NCBI GenBank assembly: GCA_020137815.1
Contig: CM035357.1
Location: forward strand, 2,046,001-2,110,000
Source of the DNA: Hormiphora californensis
Lineage: Eukaryota > Animalia > Ctenophora
DNA length: 64,000 bases
Direction: 5' to 3'
The translations under genes were made by a program, and so were the position numbers. Under the pieces are notes generated by a model. That model had not been told where the DNA came from and did not search any database. It saw nothing but the letters and a program-made list of their open reading frames with translations. This document shows, one piece after another, positions 43,834-55,976 of this stretch (the stretch's first letter is position 1; every line of letters begins with the position of its first letter).

Positions 43834-46653
43834 ATGCTGATTCGTCTTAACCCTGCGGATATACGATACACGCAGGATTCTATCTCACGCAGGTAACGCT
43901 TTGTGTGGCTCACACTGTAATTCGTGAGGGTTCGGTAGATCAAAGTAGACTCTATTGAAAAGTGATTGAGTGGAATAAATTGTCTCATCAGGAGTATTGT
44001 AATGGGTGGGTTTCTAATAACCAACTAAAATGTTTCCCCGCAGGTTTCAAAATGGCGAATACCTGCACGATGTACTGGATAACCTAAGAGATGGGTATCT
44101 GAATGTGCACGATTTTCCACCAATATCGGTGAGTGAAAACAACCGTAGTAATCCTCCAACCATGACAACTCCTCCGTTAAAATTACATGACAACTCCTCC
44201 ATTACCATGACAACTCTTGACTCCATACTCAGGTAGTTTATGAGGAGGGGTCCTGGTGGAGCCTTGATAATCGGAGATTGTTTGTATTTAAAACCCTAGC
44301 AGAAGAGGGATTAGTTGATAAAATCCAAGTGAAAGATAAAGGGGTATGTGAGTACATTCAGTGTAGAACTTTTCATTTTGTTTGGAGTTTAAGACAGTAA
44401 AACTTTTCCTTTAAAAAAAGTTTTCTGACATGTTTAATTCGTGTTTTCATCTCCCAGACGAAAGGGTTGACATCCTGGAGGTCGAGCCGTTCCTCAAAGA
44501 TAGACGGATTCGACATCAGAGTCCGGGGAGGTGTCAAGAGACCTCGTGCTGATGAAGATGATGCGTATGAACCACTACCACCACCTCCGAAACGAACATG
44601 TCTTCAGCCACTCCTGTCGAAAAACAGGCCTGTTAACTATGATAACAGCAGGGGTAACTATGATAACATCAGGGGTAACCATGAGAACAGCCGGGGTAAC
44701 CATGATAATAGCTGGGGTAACCATGATAATAGCTGGGGTAACCATAAAAACAGCAAGGGTAACCATGGCAACAGCAGTAGGGGTTTGCAGGTGACAATTC
44801 GTACTGCTGCAGAGGAGGAAGGAATATCAGAAGGAGATAACATCAGGGTGGATGCGATCCTAAATTCAGTCAACAAAGCACTAAACCTGAAAGTCAGTAT
44901 TACAAATCCTGCTTCACTGGGAAGATTTGATCGTCTACATGATTCAAGAAATGGCAGTCACGAGACTAACCTTGGTAACCGGTCTAACATCCTCAGTCGT
45001 AACCTTGGCAACAAGTCTAACAACCTCAGCTGTAACCTTGGTAACAAATCTAACAACCAAGGGGACCCTTCTTCAAAGAATGGGAGTAACGACAGTGGGT
45101 ACGGTAGTTCAGATTTCATGGCACGTACAGGTTATTCAAAAGATAGCAGAACCTCTCTGAGAGACTCTGGATCGGCATACTTTAGACTTGGAGGTAGTAG
45201 GCCCGTGACAGGGTCCAATAACCCGAACACTAGAATGAGGAAAGATAGTTATGATCTCTTACTACCCCCAGACGATCAGAAGTCCAGTGAAAACCTTGAG
45301 AATGTCCCACCTCTTGAGGCTAATCAGAGAAACAATTCTGGCACTGCAACGAATAGGATAACTGCTGGAAACTCTCAGGCAACAGGAAAAGAAATTCTCC
45401 AAAAATACCAGAACTCTCAAAGGAATCGGGTCATCAGAGTTCAGAAAAAGATATTTACCGGCTCTAAACCAAAGAAAGAAAATGAAAATCCTATTCCAAC
45501 CAAAGCCACATGTACAGTAACCGTGCCTAAGGTATTACCTTGCTCGACCTTTAAGAAAAATAAAATCTCACCCCCTGTCGGTAATACACAAAAGGAAGGC
45601 TTGGTGTATGGAAAAGATGAATTCTACTCGGCTGAATTTGTTCCCCTGGTTACCAGTACTCCAGTAAAGTTACCGAGCAAGGTAGGACAACAACCGTTAT
45701 ACACACTGGACTACACTGGAATGGTTCCACAATCCTCAACTGCAGCAAAGCCAATAATACCGACCTTCAGCTCAATCGAAGCAACTCGCTCCAATTCCAT
45801 GGAAACAACTCCCTCACGTGGGACACGTGATAGTTCCCTCTCTTACAGGTCGCCCTGTCGTTTCCGTGGAAACAACCTTAGCTGTAACCTTGGAAACATG
45901 ACTGAAAACCTCAGCGATCTCTCGCCTCCCTTCTACTGGGCCTCAAAAGATCAGAATTCCCCGAAAACTGGCCGACCCCCGTGGAGAAGAGAGAATCACA
46001 GTGGCCGAGAGAATCACAGTGGGTTAAAGTTCAGGAGTAGGGTTGGAAGGAGCCCATTGCAGCCTAGTTATAGGACAAAGTCGTCCAATAGTTGGCAAGA
46101 AGAAGGTAAAAGGGAATCTTCCAAGAGTAGAACAGATGATCATGAGATAATAAACATCGATGACAGTTCGGATGAGGCAGATGTTTTGAGTTCTGACGAT
46201 GATTCTCACTGTAGTAGTAAATATGGTTGTCAGGGTACCTGTTGCTATAGGAACGGTGGTTACCATGGTAACAGGAGTTGGAAGCAAGATGATCAGAGAA
46301 CCCGTGAAACAAAGAAGGGGGACAGTTTGGCATCCAAATTGGATGATGTTTTGGAATCAGCTGCCTGGAAGGATATTGAGTTTGATGTTTTAGAGAATAC
46401 CTCAGGCGAATGCCGTGGGTCACCTCTTGAGGACCTGTACGTAGTTTCAACTCCAGTGAAACCACCACTGAACATGACAGCACAGGATACAGTTGCAACC
46501 CCAGTTAAAACACCTGCACTAAATACAACAACTGACATCGTTGTAATTAGCTCGCCTACTATAATTGATGAATATAAATGTAATGAGACGCCACTCTACG
46601 ATAACATTTCATCTGATGAGGAGGAGGGGAGCCGGGCCAATGGGTGGCGCTGA
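43834..46653 (+). CDS. ParB/sulfiredoxin-like domain protein, paralog 3 (exons 43834-43892, 44044-44128, 44233-44343, 44458-46653); ~730-aa disordered Ser/Asn-rich tail with NLS-like motifs
   Basis: LNPADIRYTQDSISRR|FQNGEYLHDVLDNLRDGYLNVHDFPPIS|VVYEEGSWWSLDNRRLFVFKTL...GFDIRVRG; KRPR and PPKR basic motifs. Confidence 0.85.
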
Positions 46654-47160
46654 ATTATTGGCCCCGGGCCAATGGGTGGCGCTGAATTATCGAGTCTCCA
46701 TTTAATCGAGTCTCCATTTAATTATCTAGTGTGTATCATTTTTTATCGGACGATTACTTTTTTAAATTTGTAGTGATGAATAAATTCTACTCACTATTTG
46801 TATTCTTTATTCAACTATATTACATCCCATTATCATGATTATTAGTCTAATTAACAATGTAATTTTGGCGCCATTTTAGTTCAGTCGACCAGTTTGACTC
46901 GAACCTCGATTTTCCAGACGAATAATTATGTGAAATGAAACCAAAGCCGTGTACCGTGTATTTATCCTTCCCCAAAGAGTCCAGTAAAACGAGGTTTAAT
47001 GTATTGTTTAACTTAACGGACTTTGATAATTATATTTAGTTAGTTTATGTTCATCGGGTTAGAGTTTAGACCCTTTTCTACTCATTGGCTTTTTTAACGA
47101 ATCAACTAATTTATTATACTTTTTTTACCATATACAATTAATTAAACTAATTTACTACTA

Positions 47161-48802
47161 CAGTCGGACCCCGATTTAGGGACACCCTCGGGGGAAAGGG
47201 TCTTGTCCACTAAATCGGGGTGTCCACTAAATCGGGGTGAGCCATATTTGGCCCATAAAAACCTATTTTATGCCCAAAATTCTATATTATTAAGACTAAA
47301 GACACCTCTAACTGTTATCTGCAATATTCATGTATTGATGACATCATCATTTCTGATTAGAAATAGAAAAATATAAGATAGTTTTTTTTTCAAAAAAATT
47401 TGAAAATTTTTCTAAGTTATACCGTGTGGGGCAATAAAAATGCCCCCCCCCCCCCCCCCCCCCCAAGTCTACCATAGTTCCAGACATCGTGGAGCGCTAA
47501 AATTTGGCACAGTAACTCTATGAGACAAATAAATAACTTGACGAAAATTTCATACCTCTAGCTCAAAATTCATTTTTTTGATAGGAATGAACATTGTCAT
47601 TCATTCCAAGAAAAATATATTTTCGGTCCAGAATTCAAGCAATTATCTTTGGCTATCGATTAGCTTTCCAATGTGACCAAGATCATCTAAATTGGACAAC
47701 CACAAGAGACACAGTGTCATGTTTCTTAAAGTTAGTCAGGTCATGTGATCCTCACCGAATCGTTGATTATCCGGGATTGCTAATCCAGCCAATGGGCAAA
47801 GGAATCTCGTATCACGGCCGCTAATGAGGTATGCGTATCAATACAGGGTAATGTGATTCGAGGAAAGAGGACATTTATCAAAGAGCTACAGATCTCATGA
47901 CCAATCAGCATCGTCATCCCTCATTAGTAGCCGTGATACGTGATTCTCTACCACTTAGACCGATTCGTAATACTGAATACTCAACGATTCGGTGAGGATC
48001 ACATGACCTGACTAACTTTAAGAAACATGACACTGTGTCTCTTGTGGTTGTCCAATTTAGATGATCTTGGTCACATTGGAAAGCTAATCGATAGCCAAAG
48101 ATAATTGCTTGAATTCTGGACCGAAAATATATTTTTCTTGGAATGAATGACATTCCTGGTAGACTTGGGGGGGGGGGGGCATTTTTATTGCCCCACACGG
48201 TACCAGCCCGGCCGATTTGTGTTTCGAGTCGGTGCAGCTTACTGGATGTCCTGTCTAATTAGCGGATTCGAAACGAACCGATACGTGATACCATGCCGAA
48301 TCGGGGCACCCTAAGCGGGTGAGAAAGTATCAAAATTTCAAAATAACTTTTTCTCTCAAAATTTATGGGGAGCACCGATCAAAGCATTGAGAATCGTACT
48401 GTAAAATTTTGCAAAAAAGTTTTAAATTTTTTTAAAGGTATACCAGCCACGTGCGAATCGTGTTTCGAATCGGTGCATCTTATCGCATGTCCTGCTGCTA
48501 ATTAGACGGTTCGGAACGAATCGAAACGTGATCCCCATCGAATCGAAATTTTGACACTTGGTGAACTTGTTATTCAATGGCCCCATGGGGATCACGTATC
48601 GGTTGGTTCCGAACCGTCTGATTAGCAGCAGGACATGCGATAAGATTCACTGATTCGAAACACGATTCGGACGTGGCTGGTATCTTTTTGAAAAATTTTC
48701 AAAAAAAATTCACAAAAAATTTCACAAAAAAAATTCAAAAAATGTTTGGGGGAAAAAAATCCTGTCCCTAAATCGGGGTGCCACTAAATCGGGGTCCGAC
48801 TG
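47161..48802. mobile_element. CAGTCGGACCCCG-family MITE with a nested TA-flanked foldback element (47422-48200)
   Basis: Outer TIR CAGTCGGACCCCGATTTAG with TA; inner TIR CCGTGTGGGGCAATAAAAATGCCCC with TA. Confidence 0.8.
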
Positions 48803-48874
48803 TACAATTAATTAAACTAACTAACTACTTAACTCTAGGCTAAATTCCAACCATAAATCGTTTTTGATTTAGCA

Positions 48875-50100
48875 ATGATCATGAGATAATAAACATCGAT
48901 GACAGTTCGGATGAGGCAGATGTTTTGAGTTCTGACGATGATTCTCACTGTAGTAGTAAATATGGTTGTCAGGGTACCTGTTGCTATAGGAACGGTGGTT
49001 ACCATGGTAACAGGAGTTGGAAGCAAGATGATCAGAGAACCCGTGAAACAAAGAAGGGGGACAGTTTGGCATCCAAATTGGATAATGTTTTGGAATCAGC
49101 TGCCTGGAAGGATATTGAGTTTGATGTTTCTGAGAATACCTCAGGCGAATGCCGTGGGTCACCTCTTGAGGACCTGAACACAGTTTCAACTCCAGTGAAA
49201 CCACCGCTGAACACAGCAAATGATACTGGTGCAACGCCAGTTAAAACACCTGCACTAAATACAACAACTGACATCGTTTCAATTAGCTCGCCTACTATAA
49301 TTGATGAATATACCAGCAATGAGACGCCATTCTACGATAACATTTCGTCTGATGAGGAGGAGGGGAGCCGGGCCAATGGGTGGCGCTGAATTATTGGAGC
49401 CGGGCCAATGGGTGGCGCTGAATTATTGGAGCCGGGCCAATGGGTGGCGCTGAATTATTGGAGCCGGGCCAATGGGTGGCGCTGAACTATTGGAGCCGGG
49501 CCAATGGGTGGCGCTAAAATGTTTTAATATGGACTGGGTCACATATCGCTGAGTTATATCGAGTCTCCATTATCTAGTGTGTATCCGTTTTTAACTTTTT
49601 TTGGTAGGACAATTATTTTTAAAAGTTTGTAGTGATGAGTGAATTCTACTCGCTATTGACTATTTGTATTCTTTATTCAACAATATTATATCTCATTATT
49701 AATATAATTATTATCGCTATGAATGACATTATTACATATATTTTGGCGCCATTTTAGTACAGTCGAACGGTGCGGTAAGAATCGAACCTCGATTTACCGG
49801 ACCCTCGATTTACCGGAAGGATAATTATTACCCTATTTAGAATTTTATGTGAAATGAAGCCACAACCATGTACCGTGATATGATAACGTATTGTATTTAG
49901 CCTTCCCCAGACGAGTCCGGTAAATCGAGGATTGAATGTATTTTTTAATTTAATGATCTGTAACTTAGTTAGTTAATGTTCATCGGGTTATATAATATAG
50001 TTTAGACCCTTTTTCTACTCAATGGCTTTTTAACGAATCAACTAATTTATTATACTTTTTACCATTATATACAATTAATTAAACTAATTTCTAATTTCTA
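48875..50100 (+). pseudogene. Partial tandem duplicate of the 3' end and 3' flank of paralog 3
   Basis: 48875-49389 closely matches 46136-46653 (SSDDDSHCSSKYGCQG...SRANGWR*); downstream flank also matches 46653-47160. Confidence 0.8.
49366..49515 (+). repeat. ~31-bp minisatellite (about 5 copies) spanning the stop codon
   Basis: GAGCCGGGCCAATGGGTGGCGCTGAATTATTG repeated; 2 copies at 46630-46690. Confidence 0.9.
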
Positions 50101-50473
50101 ACTACAATACTCCTAGCCTAAAATTCCCAATACCAGCGTTTTTATACCATTTTTTATCAAATGATAATCAAAGTGAATTAATTTATTTCAGCATAATTTA
50201 TAAGGAAGATCCGTCGTTTTTATTTCCTATTGCCCATTCTTCCTAAGTCGTCAACGAATTACGACCCCCCCACCCCCAGATGCGACCCCTCCCATCCTCC
50301 CCCCCCCCCCCCAGATGCGACCCCCTCCCATCCCCCCCCCCCCCCAGATGCGACCCCCTCCCATCCCCCATTGCGACCCCCCCCCCAATGTTCCCAGTTA
50401 TCTAAGCAATAACTTAATATCCCTATTTGAAGGCATGCTGGTGTGGTTTGTTGAGGGGTGAACTCAACAAGGT

Positions 50474-52470
50474 ATGGTTGGTTTGGGGTATGTGCCAAGA
50501 AACAGAAGAAAGCCATCTCTCCATATCGATCCATTTGAGATAGCATTCAGTCAAAACTCTATCGGTTTCAGGTGCGTCTACAAGCATGTTACAGTCGGAC
50601 CCTGATTTACCGGGATGCTCGGGGAAAGGGTTTGCCCAGAAAATTGGGGTGCCCGGTGAATCGGGGACCGACAATATGTGTGTGTCTGCTTGGATTGTCC
50701 ATTATGTAGCGAGGAAATTATAAGCGTCTGTTTCTAAAAAAGTTTCTAATATTTTCAGTTTTGCCAATGGAACATTGTTATCGACTGCGATTGCTAAAAT
50801 ACTGAAAGGCACCCTGAAGGTGGAGGACTTCCCCTTCATCCGAGTGTTTAGTCATGATGACACTTGGTAAGATAAATGTCTTCACTCTTCCTTATCTCAT
50901 TTTATCTCATTAACTCTCCCTTTATTATCTCTCTCTGATGATCTAATAGAATGCTCCCTAATCAGGCACTCTCTCGATAACCGAAGACTGCATGTGTTCA
51001 AGGAAGCGAGAAAGAATGGGATTTGTAAGACTGTTCCTGTTATAGTTGTTCCAAAGTCAGAGGTATAGTAGATTTTGGTCACCCCCCCTCCCCCCCCCCC
51101 CCCCCCTCCCCAGGAGAAAAGTCATTCCTCCACCCCTGCATTTCATATTCATTTACCACAGACTAAATTATTCCGATCATACAGATACCCTACGGAGAAA
51201 TGGATTCGAAACTGACGACAGTCAACTCTGGCACCAGTGTGGAAGTTAGAGGGGTGGCCAACAGGGCGCTGGGTGGTGCACTTCGCTGTCACCATTGCTG
51301 GAATGATCCCTGGCGATATCCAAACGGAGGGAAACTGTCAATTCATTTACAGGTAATTAAAACAAGTTGTGGTTTGAACAACACAACGATAAATTGAGTG
51401 GGAACTAACTCTTGGCCCTGCTCTTGCTCAACAAGGAAATCCTCAATTGAAAGTTGCCTCGACCACTTGCTAGTGGTATCTCCTCATTCTATCTTCTACC
51501 CCAACTCCTTGAGTCGCTTGATTATAAGTGATTACTGATTGGTGATACTGTCGCTACCAACTACTAACCACCATTATCCCCAAACAGCAAGAGCACATGA
51601 CTGAGTACAGGGCGGAAGCTCACCGCTGACTACGCATCAATAGATCAGTTTCTAACCACAAAGAACTTCTCCCTGGACTAAGACCCTTGAAATTGAACTC
51701 GTCTCCCTCAAGGTATGTAAAATCACTTTTTTAGGTCATTATTCAGTTTTACCTAAAAAAAGAAATTTATAATTTAAGGGAATCATTAGTTACTCATCAT
51801 TACTCCCGTTATCATTATAGTGGAAGAGCAAGTACACTGAGGTGCCTCTCAAACCCTCGGAGTCACTAAACGCTGCCTTTAGTATTAACCGACCTGGCCG
51901 ATATGGGGACTTGTCAACCATTCCACCACGAACCATTAAGGTGAGACTTGTCAACCAAAAAGGAGGGGTCAAAAAGAGAATAACGGGGTTTGTAGCCCTT
52001 CTTCTAAAATATTGTTTAGTGAGTACCTGACATGATCTATCTCATTAGCTTGATTATCTTATCCACTATATAAACCACCACCATGCCCATTGCCCAATAC
52101 CCATTGCCCATATAGCTGTATAGACGTCTGACATAGATCAGTCGAAAGCTCCTGTTCTTAATTGAATACTAGTACTGCAAAATCGTTGCCCAATGTCCTT
52201 CAGGTTGTTTCAAAAGACCATACCAATGGGAAACCAGGAACTGAGAAAAACGGGGTTAACTCTGAAGCAGCTGGATCAGACGACAAAGTGCCTTCCAAAA
52301 TCAGGTATGCAAGTAGGAAGGAGGAGGAGAGGACGATTTATTGGGCAAAAGAAGATATAAAGGAGGAAGAGGAGGGGGAGGACAGGAAATTTGAGGAGAG
52401 TGAGAGGTACTTTAATAGTTTGATCAGCACTGTTTTGCATTTTACCGACACTGACTATCCATTTTCTTAA
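50474..52470 (+). CDS. ParB/sulfiredoxin-like domain protein, paralog 4 (exons 50474-50571, 50759-50866, 50966-51062, 51185-51352, then 51588 onward, 3' end uncertain), followed by a C2H2-like finger
   Basis: IDPFEIAFSQNSIGFS|FANGTLLSTAIAKILKGTLKVEDFPFIRVFSHDDTW|HSLDNRRLHVFKEA...KLTTVNSGTSVEVRG; CHHC...HLQ|QEH; two apparent homopolymer indels in exon 5. Confidence 0.75.
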
Positions 52471-52579
52471 TTAACTAATTAATTAACGCATGTTTTAACT
52501 TATTTTAACCAATATTTTTGATTTATAACACACTTATCTACAATTATTTTTTTAAATTTATTTCAACGAATTCTGTTCT

Positions 52580-54388
52580 TTATTCCCCGTAATTCCCAAA
52601 CGACAAGCCTGCCTCCAAATTACAGCACAGGACTTGGCGGATCGCCAAATTAGTCTCACTAATGTTATAGTTCTTGACCTCCCCAGAAATAATCTTGTAC
52701 GCATTGACAATATTCACAAACTCTACATCACTTGTTTCACACGTGGCAGATTTAATTGAGTGAAGAAGATCGTATTCTCCAAACTGCCGTTTTCTTCGCG
52801 GTTTCACGGGACGGTCTTTCTTCTCTCTGCAGATCTTTCGGGCAAGTGTTAGTGCCCGGAACACCATGTCAAGTGCTTTGCAGGTCGTGGTAGTAGGGTC
52901 TCCTGCTGCAGTTGAACACTCTGTCATATCCCGAAAGTAGAGGTAGAAATGTTCCAAGATGTCATTGTCTTTCCAGCAGAGGATGTCGAGAATCAAATAC
53001 CGGGCTTCCTTCAAGTGTAAGGGTTTGTGGTGTTAGGGGGCATAATTCTTACGTGTGCGCGAAATTTACAGGTAATCCTGCGGTGTTAGGGCTATACTCA
53101 TTTTGTTGAATTAATCATCATTTTAGGGGTGCTATGGGATCCCATAACATTGTTTCACGATATCAATCACAGAAAACCCAAGTCACATGCTTCAACTTGA
53201 GAAAATCTCTTAATTATGGCCCAAATAAGGTGTCAGGTATCATCATGATCACATGGACACCCAAAAACTAGCCCGGAAACACGCTACTACACCTCTCTGG
53301 CATTGCAGAGCATAGGCCAAACAAAACCCAAAACTTTTCATGACTTTAGGGATGTTAGTTCCTGAATGAGTGGAATGAACTACCAAAAATGAAAAATGAA
53401 CTTTGAGTTTTGACCTTGATTTTTCTTGTGAGCAAAGATCTTTGTTTATCCAATGTTCTCCCAAATTTTGAAAAAGATTGAACAAAAGGGAGCCGTGATA
53501 CAGCTCATTGAAAGTCGCAGGAAGAGCCAAAATCATGCATGAGCATTTTCTCAACTGCAACGTGACCTGGTGCTTCAATTTCATTTTTATGGTGTTCATT
53601 GGAAAGATAAATTCAAGCCAAAGAAAAATAGCACCATGATGGAAAATTAGGATGCTCACATCATAAATGAACGAGAAATGAATGAGGGAATGAAAAATGA
53701 ATTTTCGAATTTTTGACAAAAAATTATGGAAAAAGTTACCAAGAAATTGATCCAGAGTGCTCCCATGATTTTTATTCTCGCAACTATCACCGTTTTGACG
53801 GGACAACTCGCTAACCCTTACCAACAATCCGTGGCCCACCTTGTATTAGCTAGTAGGTAGGGGCCTGACACTGTGTCCGTGTAAAACAAATGAAGTCAAA
53901 AACGCCATTTACCTTTAAGTAGCAGCTGTACAGGGTGTCTTTGATGCGCTTGTTTTCTGGTAGATCAAGCTGATCAGCCGTTTTACTTATTCCCCTAGCA
54001 ACGGCACTCGTGAATTCGGCTAGTTCCTCCTCGCTAGACGACTCCGTGCAAAGCTGAAATGGCGCAGTGTTACGCTCCAGTTTAACAAATTGGAAACTGA
54101 CATCAGGTTGGAAACAGACATTAGTTTCTAGCTGAGAGCCACACTTATTTCGTAACCAAAACTTACGCTTCGTTGATAGAAAGCCTTTACGACCCACAGC
54201 GCAGGATTTGAAGCAAACACCTTTTCATCGACATTAGTTGTCCACAGAAGATCTCCCGTACAGTAGTAGGCTCGAAACACTTTAACGAAAGTAAGAGCTT
54301 CTGTTGGTGTCAGGCGGACTCTTTTATGGTGTTTTGGTGACGTCATGGAAATGGAGCATGACAAGAGAAGGATTAACAAAGCTGCCAT
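52580..54388 (-). CDS. Possible secreted Cys-containing orphan protein, fragmented by indels and an intron
   Basis: Signal-peptide-like MAALLILLLSCSIS at 54388; overlapping ORFs 54128-54388 and 53850-54197, plus 52580-53014, have protein-like composition. Confidence 0.4.
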
Positions 54389-54608
54389 TACAGTAGTAGC
54401 TGCGAATGAACGCTCCTATCCCAGTATAACGGAATTTACTCTAACAGAATGGGGAAATGAATACTCTAATTTACTCTAGCAGCTGTTTTAAACTAACAGC
54501 TGCGACCTGGTCACTTTGGGTATAGGCTAATGTTATAGGCAGCTATACTATAGCTATAATTACCCTATAACATTAGCTGATTATTTAAAAGTACTATAAT
54601 GTTACCAA

Positions 54609-54980
54609 GGTAGGCGGTAAATGTTAACCAGATTTGTGAGAATTTCGAACGTTTTTGCCCGTAACTCAGCCATTTCTTGACCAATTTGCAAAATCTTTGG
54701 CTCATTGGAAAGAGGACATTAAGATCTCTCAAATGAGCTCAAGAAAATGAAAATTGGCGCAAATTGCGCGGCGTGGTGGCGAAAACGCGCATTTTGCGCC
54801 ATGACGCCGCGCATTTTGCGCCGATTTTAGTTTTATTGGGCTCATTTGAAAGAGCTCAATGTCCTCTTTCCGACGCGCCCAAGATTTTGCAAATTGGTCA
54901 AGAAATGACTGAGTTATGGACAAAAACGTGGTTTTGCACGTACGTTTTCTCTCAGATCTGGTTAACATTTACCGCCTACC
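54609..54980. mobile_element. Palindromic Mutator-like MITE
   Basis: TIR GGTAGGCGGTAAATGTTAACCAGAT; 9-bp TSD TGTTACCAA at 54600-54608 and 54981-54989. Confidence 0.85.
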
Positions 54981-55040
54981 TGTTACCAAGGTAGTTACCA
55001 AGGTAGTTACCAGTAGGTAGGTAATACATTGCATTACGTA

Positions 55041-55869
55041 GGGGGGGGGGGCGACATGTTAATTGTTAATAAATCACCTCTTTTTTTCGATTTTGTTAAT
55101 TAACGTTAATTAACAAAATTAACAAAGTTAACAAATCAGCAAAGACTGTTCTTATTGGTTGATAATGCGACTTTAACTGGTTTAATTTTATAGTTTAATG
55201 ACTTTTCTAATAAATATATACCCAAACAAGGCCTCTTCCGATAACCAAAGTCCGACATACAGGTTTTTTTGGCTCAAAATCGATAAAAATCCAAGTTACA
55301 AATATTTCAATTTAGCGTATAAAATCTCACTTTAACGTAATTTCTTCATTGATAATCGATTCTTTGGACGAAAGGAGATGATGTACAACGTTTCTGTTGG
55401 AAAAAGAACCAAAATATTACCAAAATCAATTTTTTGGTCAAAAATTGAAAATTTTCTTCGCTACAAATCCTTGTGTTTTTTTAGAAAAATTAATTTTTGG
55501 GATATTTTTTTGTTTTAAGGTAAATTCATGAGTTTTTTTTTTAGTTTTTAGGGTTGAAAATGTGGATTAGAGTCAATTGACTTCAATTGCGGTTTAGTTT
55601 GGCTAGTTTTTATTAAAATTTACATAATGGAATAAATCGCTGTAGAAAATCCGTAGTAGAGGTAGTAGGGATGTGCAAATCGTGCAGAAGGAACAGCTTT
55701 GCTCGCAGAACAAGTGTTTAATACAAACAACACGCGCTAAAGGTGATTTAGATGGCATAAATGGCATTTGTTAACGTTTGTTAACTTTTTGTTAATTTTG
55801 TTAATAAATCACCTGTTTTTTGGATGTTAATATTAACAAAGTTAACAAAATTAACATGTCGCACCCCCC
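55041..55869. mobile_element. Poly-G/poly-C-ended MITE, empty-site relative of 34286-39250
   Basis: Same termini and body; 8-bp TSD ATTACGTA. Confidence 0.88.
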
Positions 55870-55878
55870 ATTACGTAT

Positions 55879-55976
55879 CTATACTCCCCCTCCTTTAGTT
55901 CTGGCGGTGAGAGAAAGAAGAATCATACGTTATTCCTCTTTCTCTCACCGCCAGTTCTAAAGGAGGGGGAGTATAG
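55879..55976. repeat. ~45-bp-arm hairpin
   Basis: CTATACTCCCCCTCCTTTAG...CTAAAGGAGGGGGAGTATAG. Confidence 0.8.

Noticed and set aside
33900-52500. Idea that the ParB-like genes are cargo of a larger Polinton or giant-virus insertion
   Set aside because: They have spliceosomal introns, lie outside the TIR/TSD boundaries, and no PolB, integrase or ATPase is present in the window
53249-53839. 196-aa minus-strand ORF
   Set aside because: Composition and AT-rich inverted motifs suggest intronic repeat sequence; no ATG start or domain
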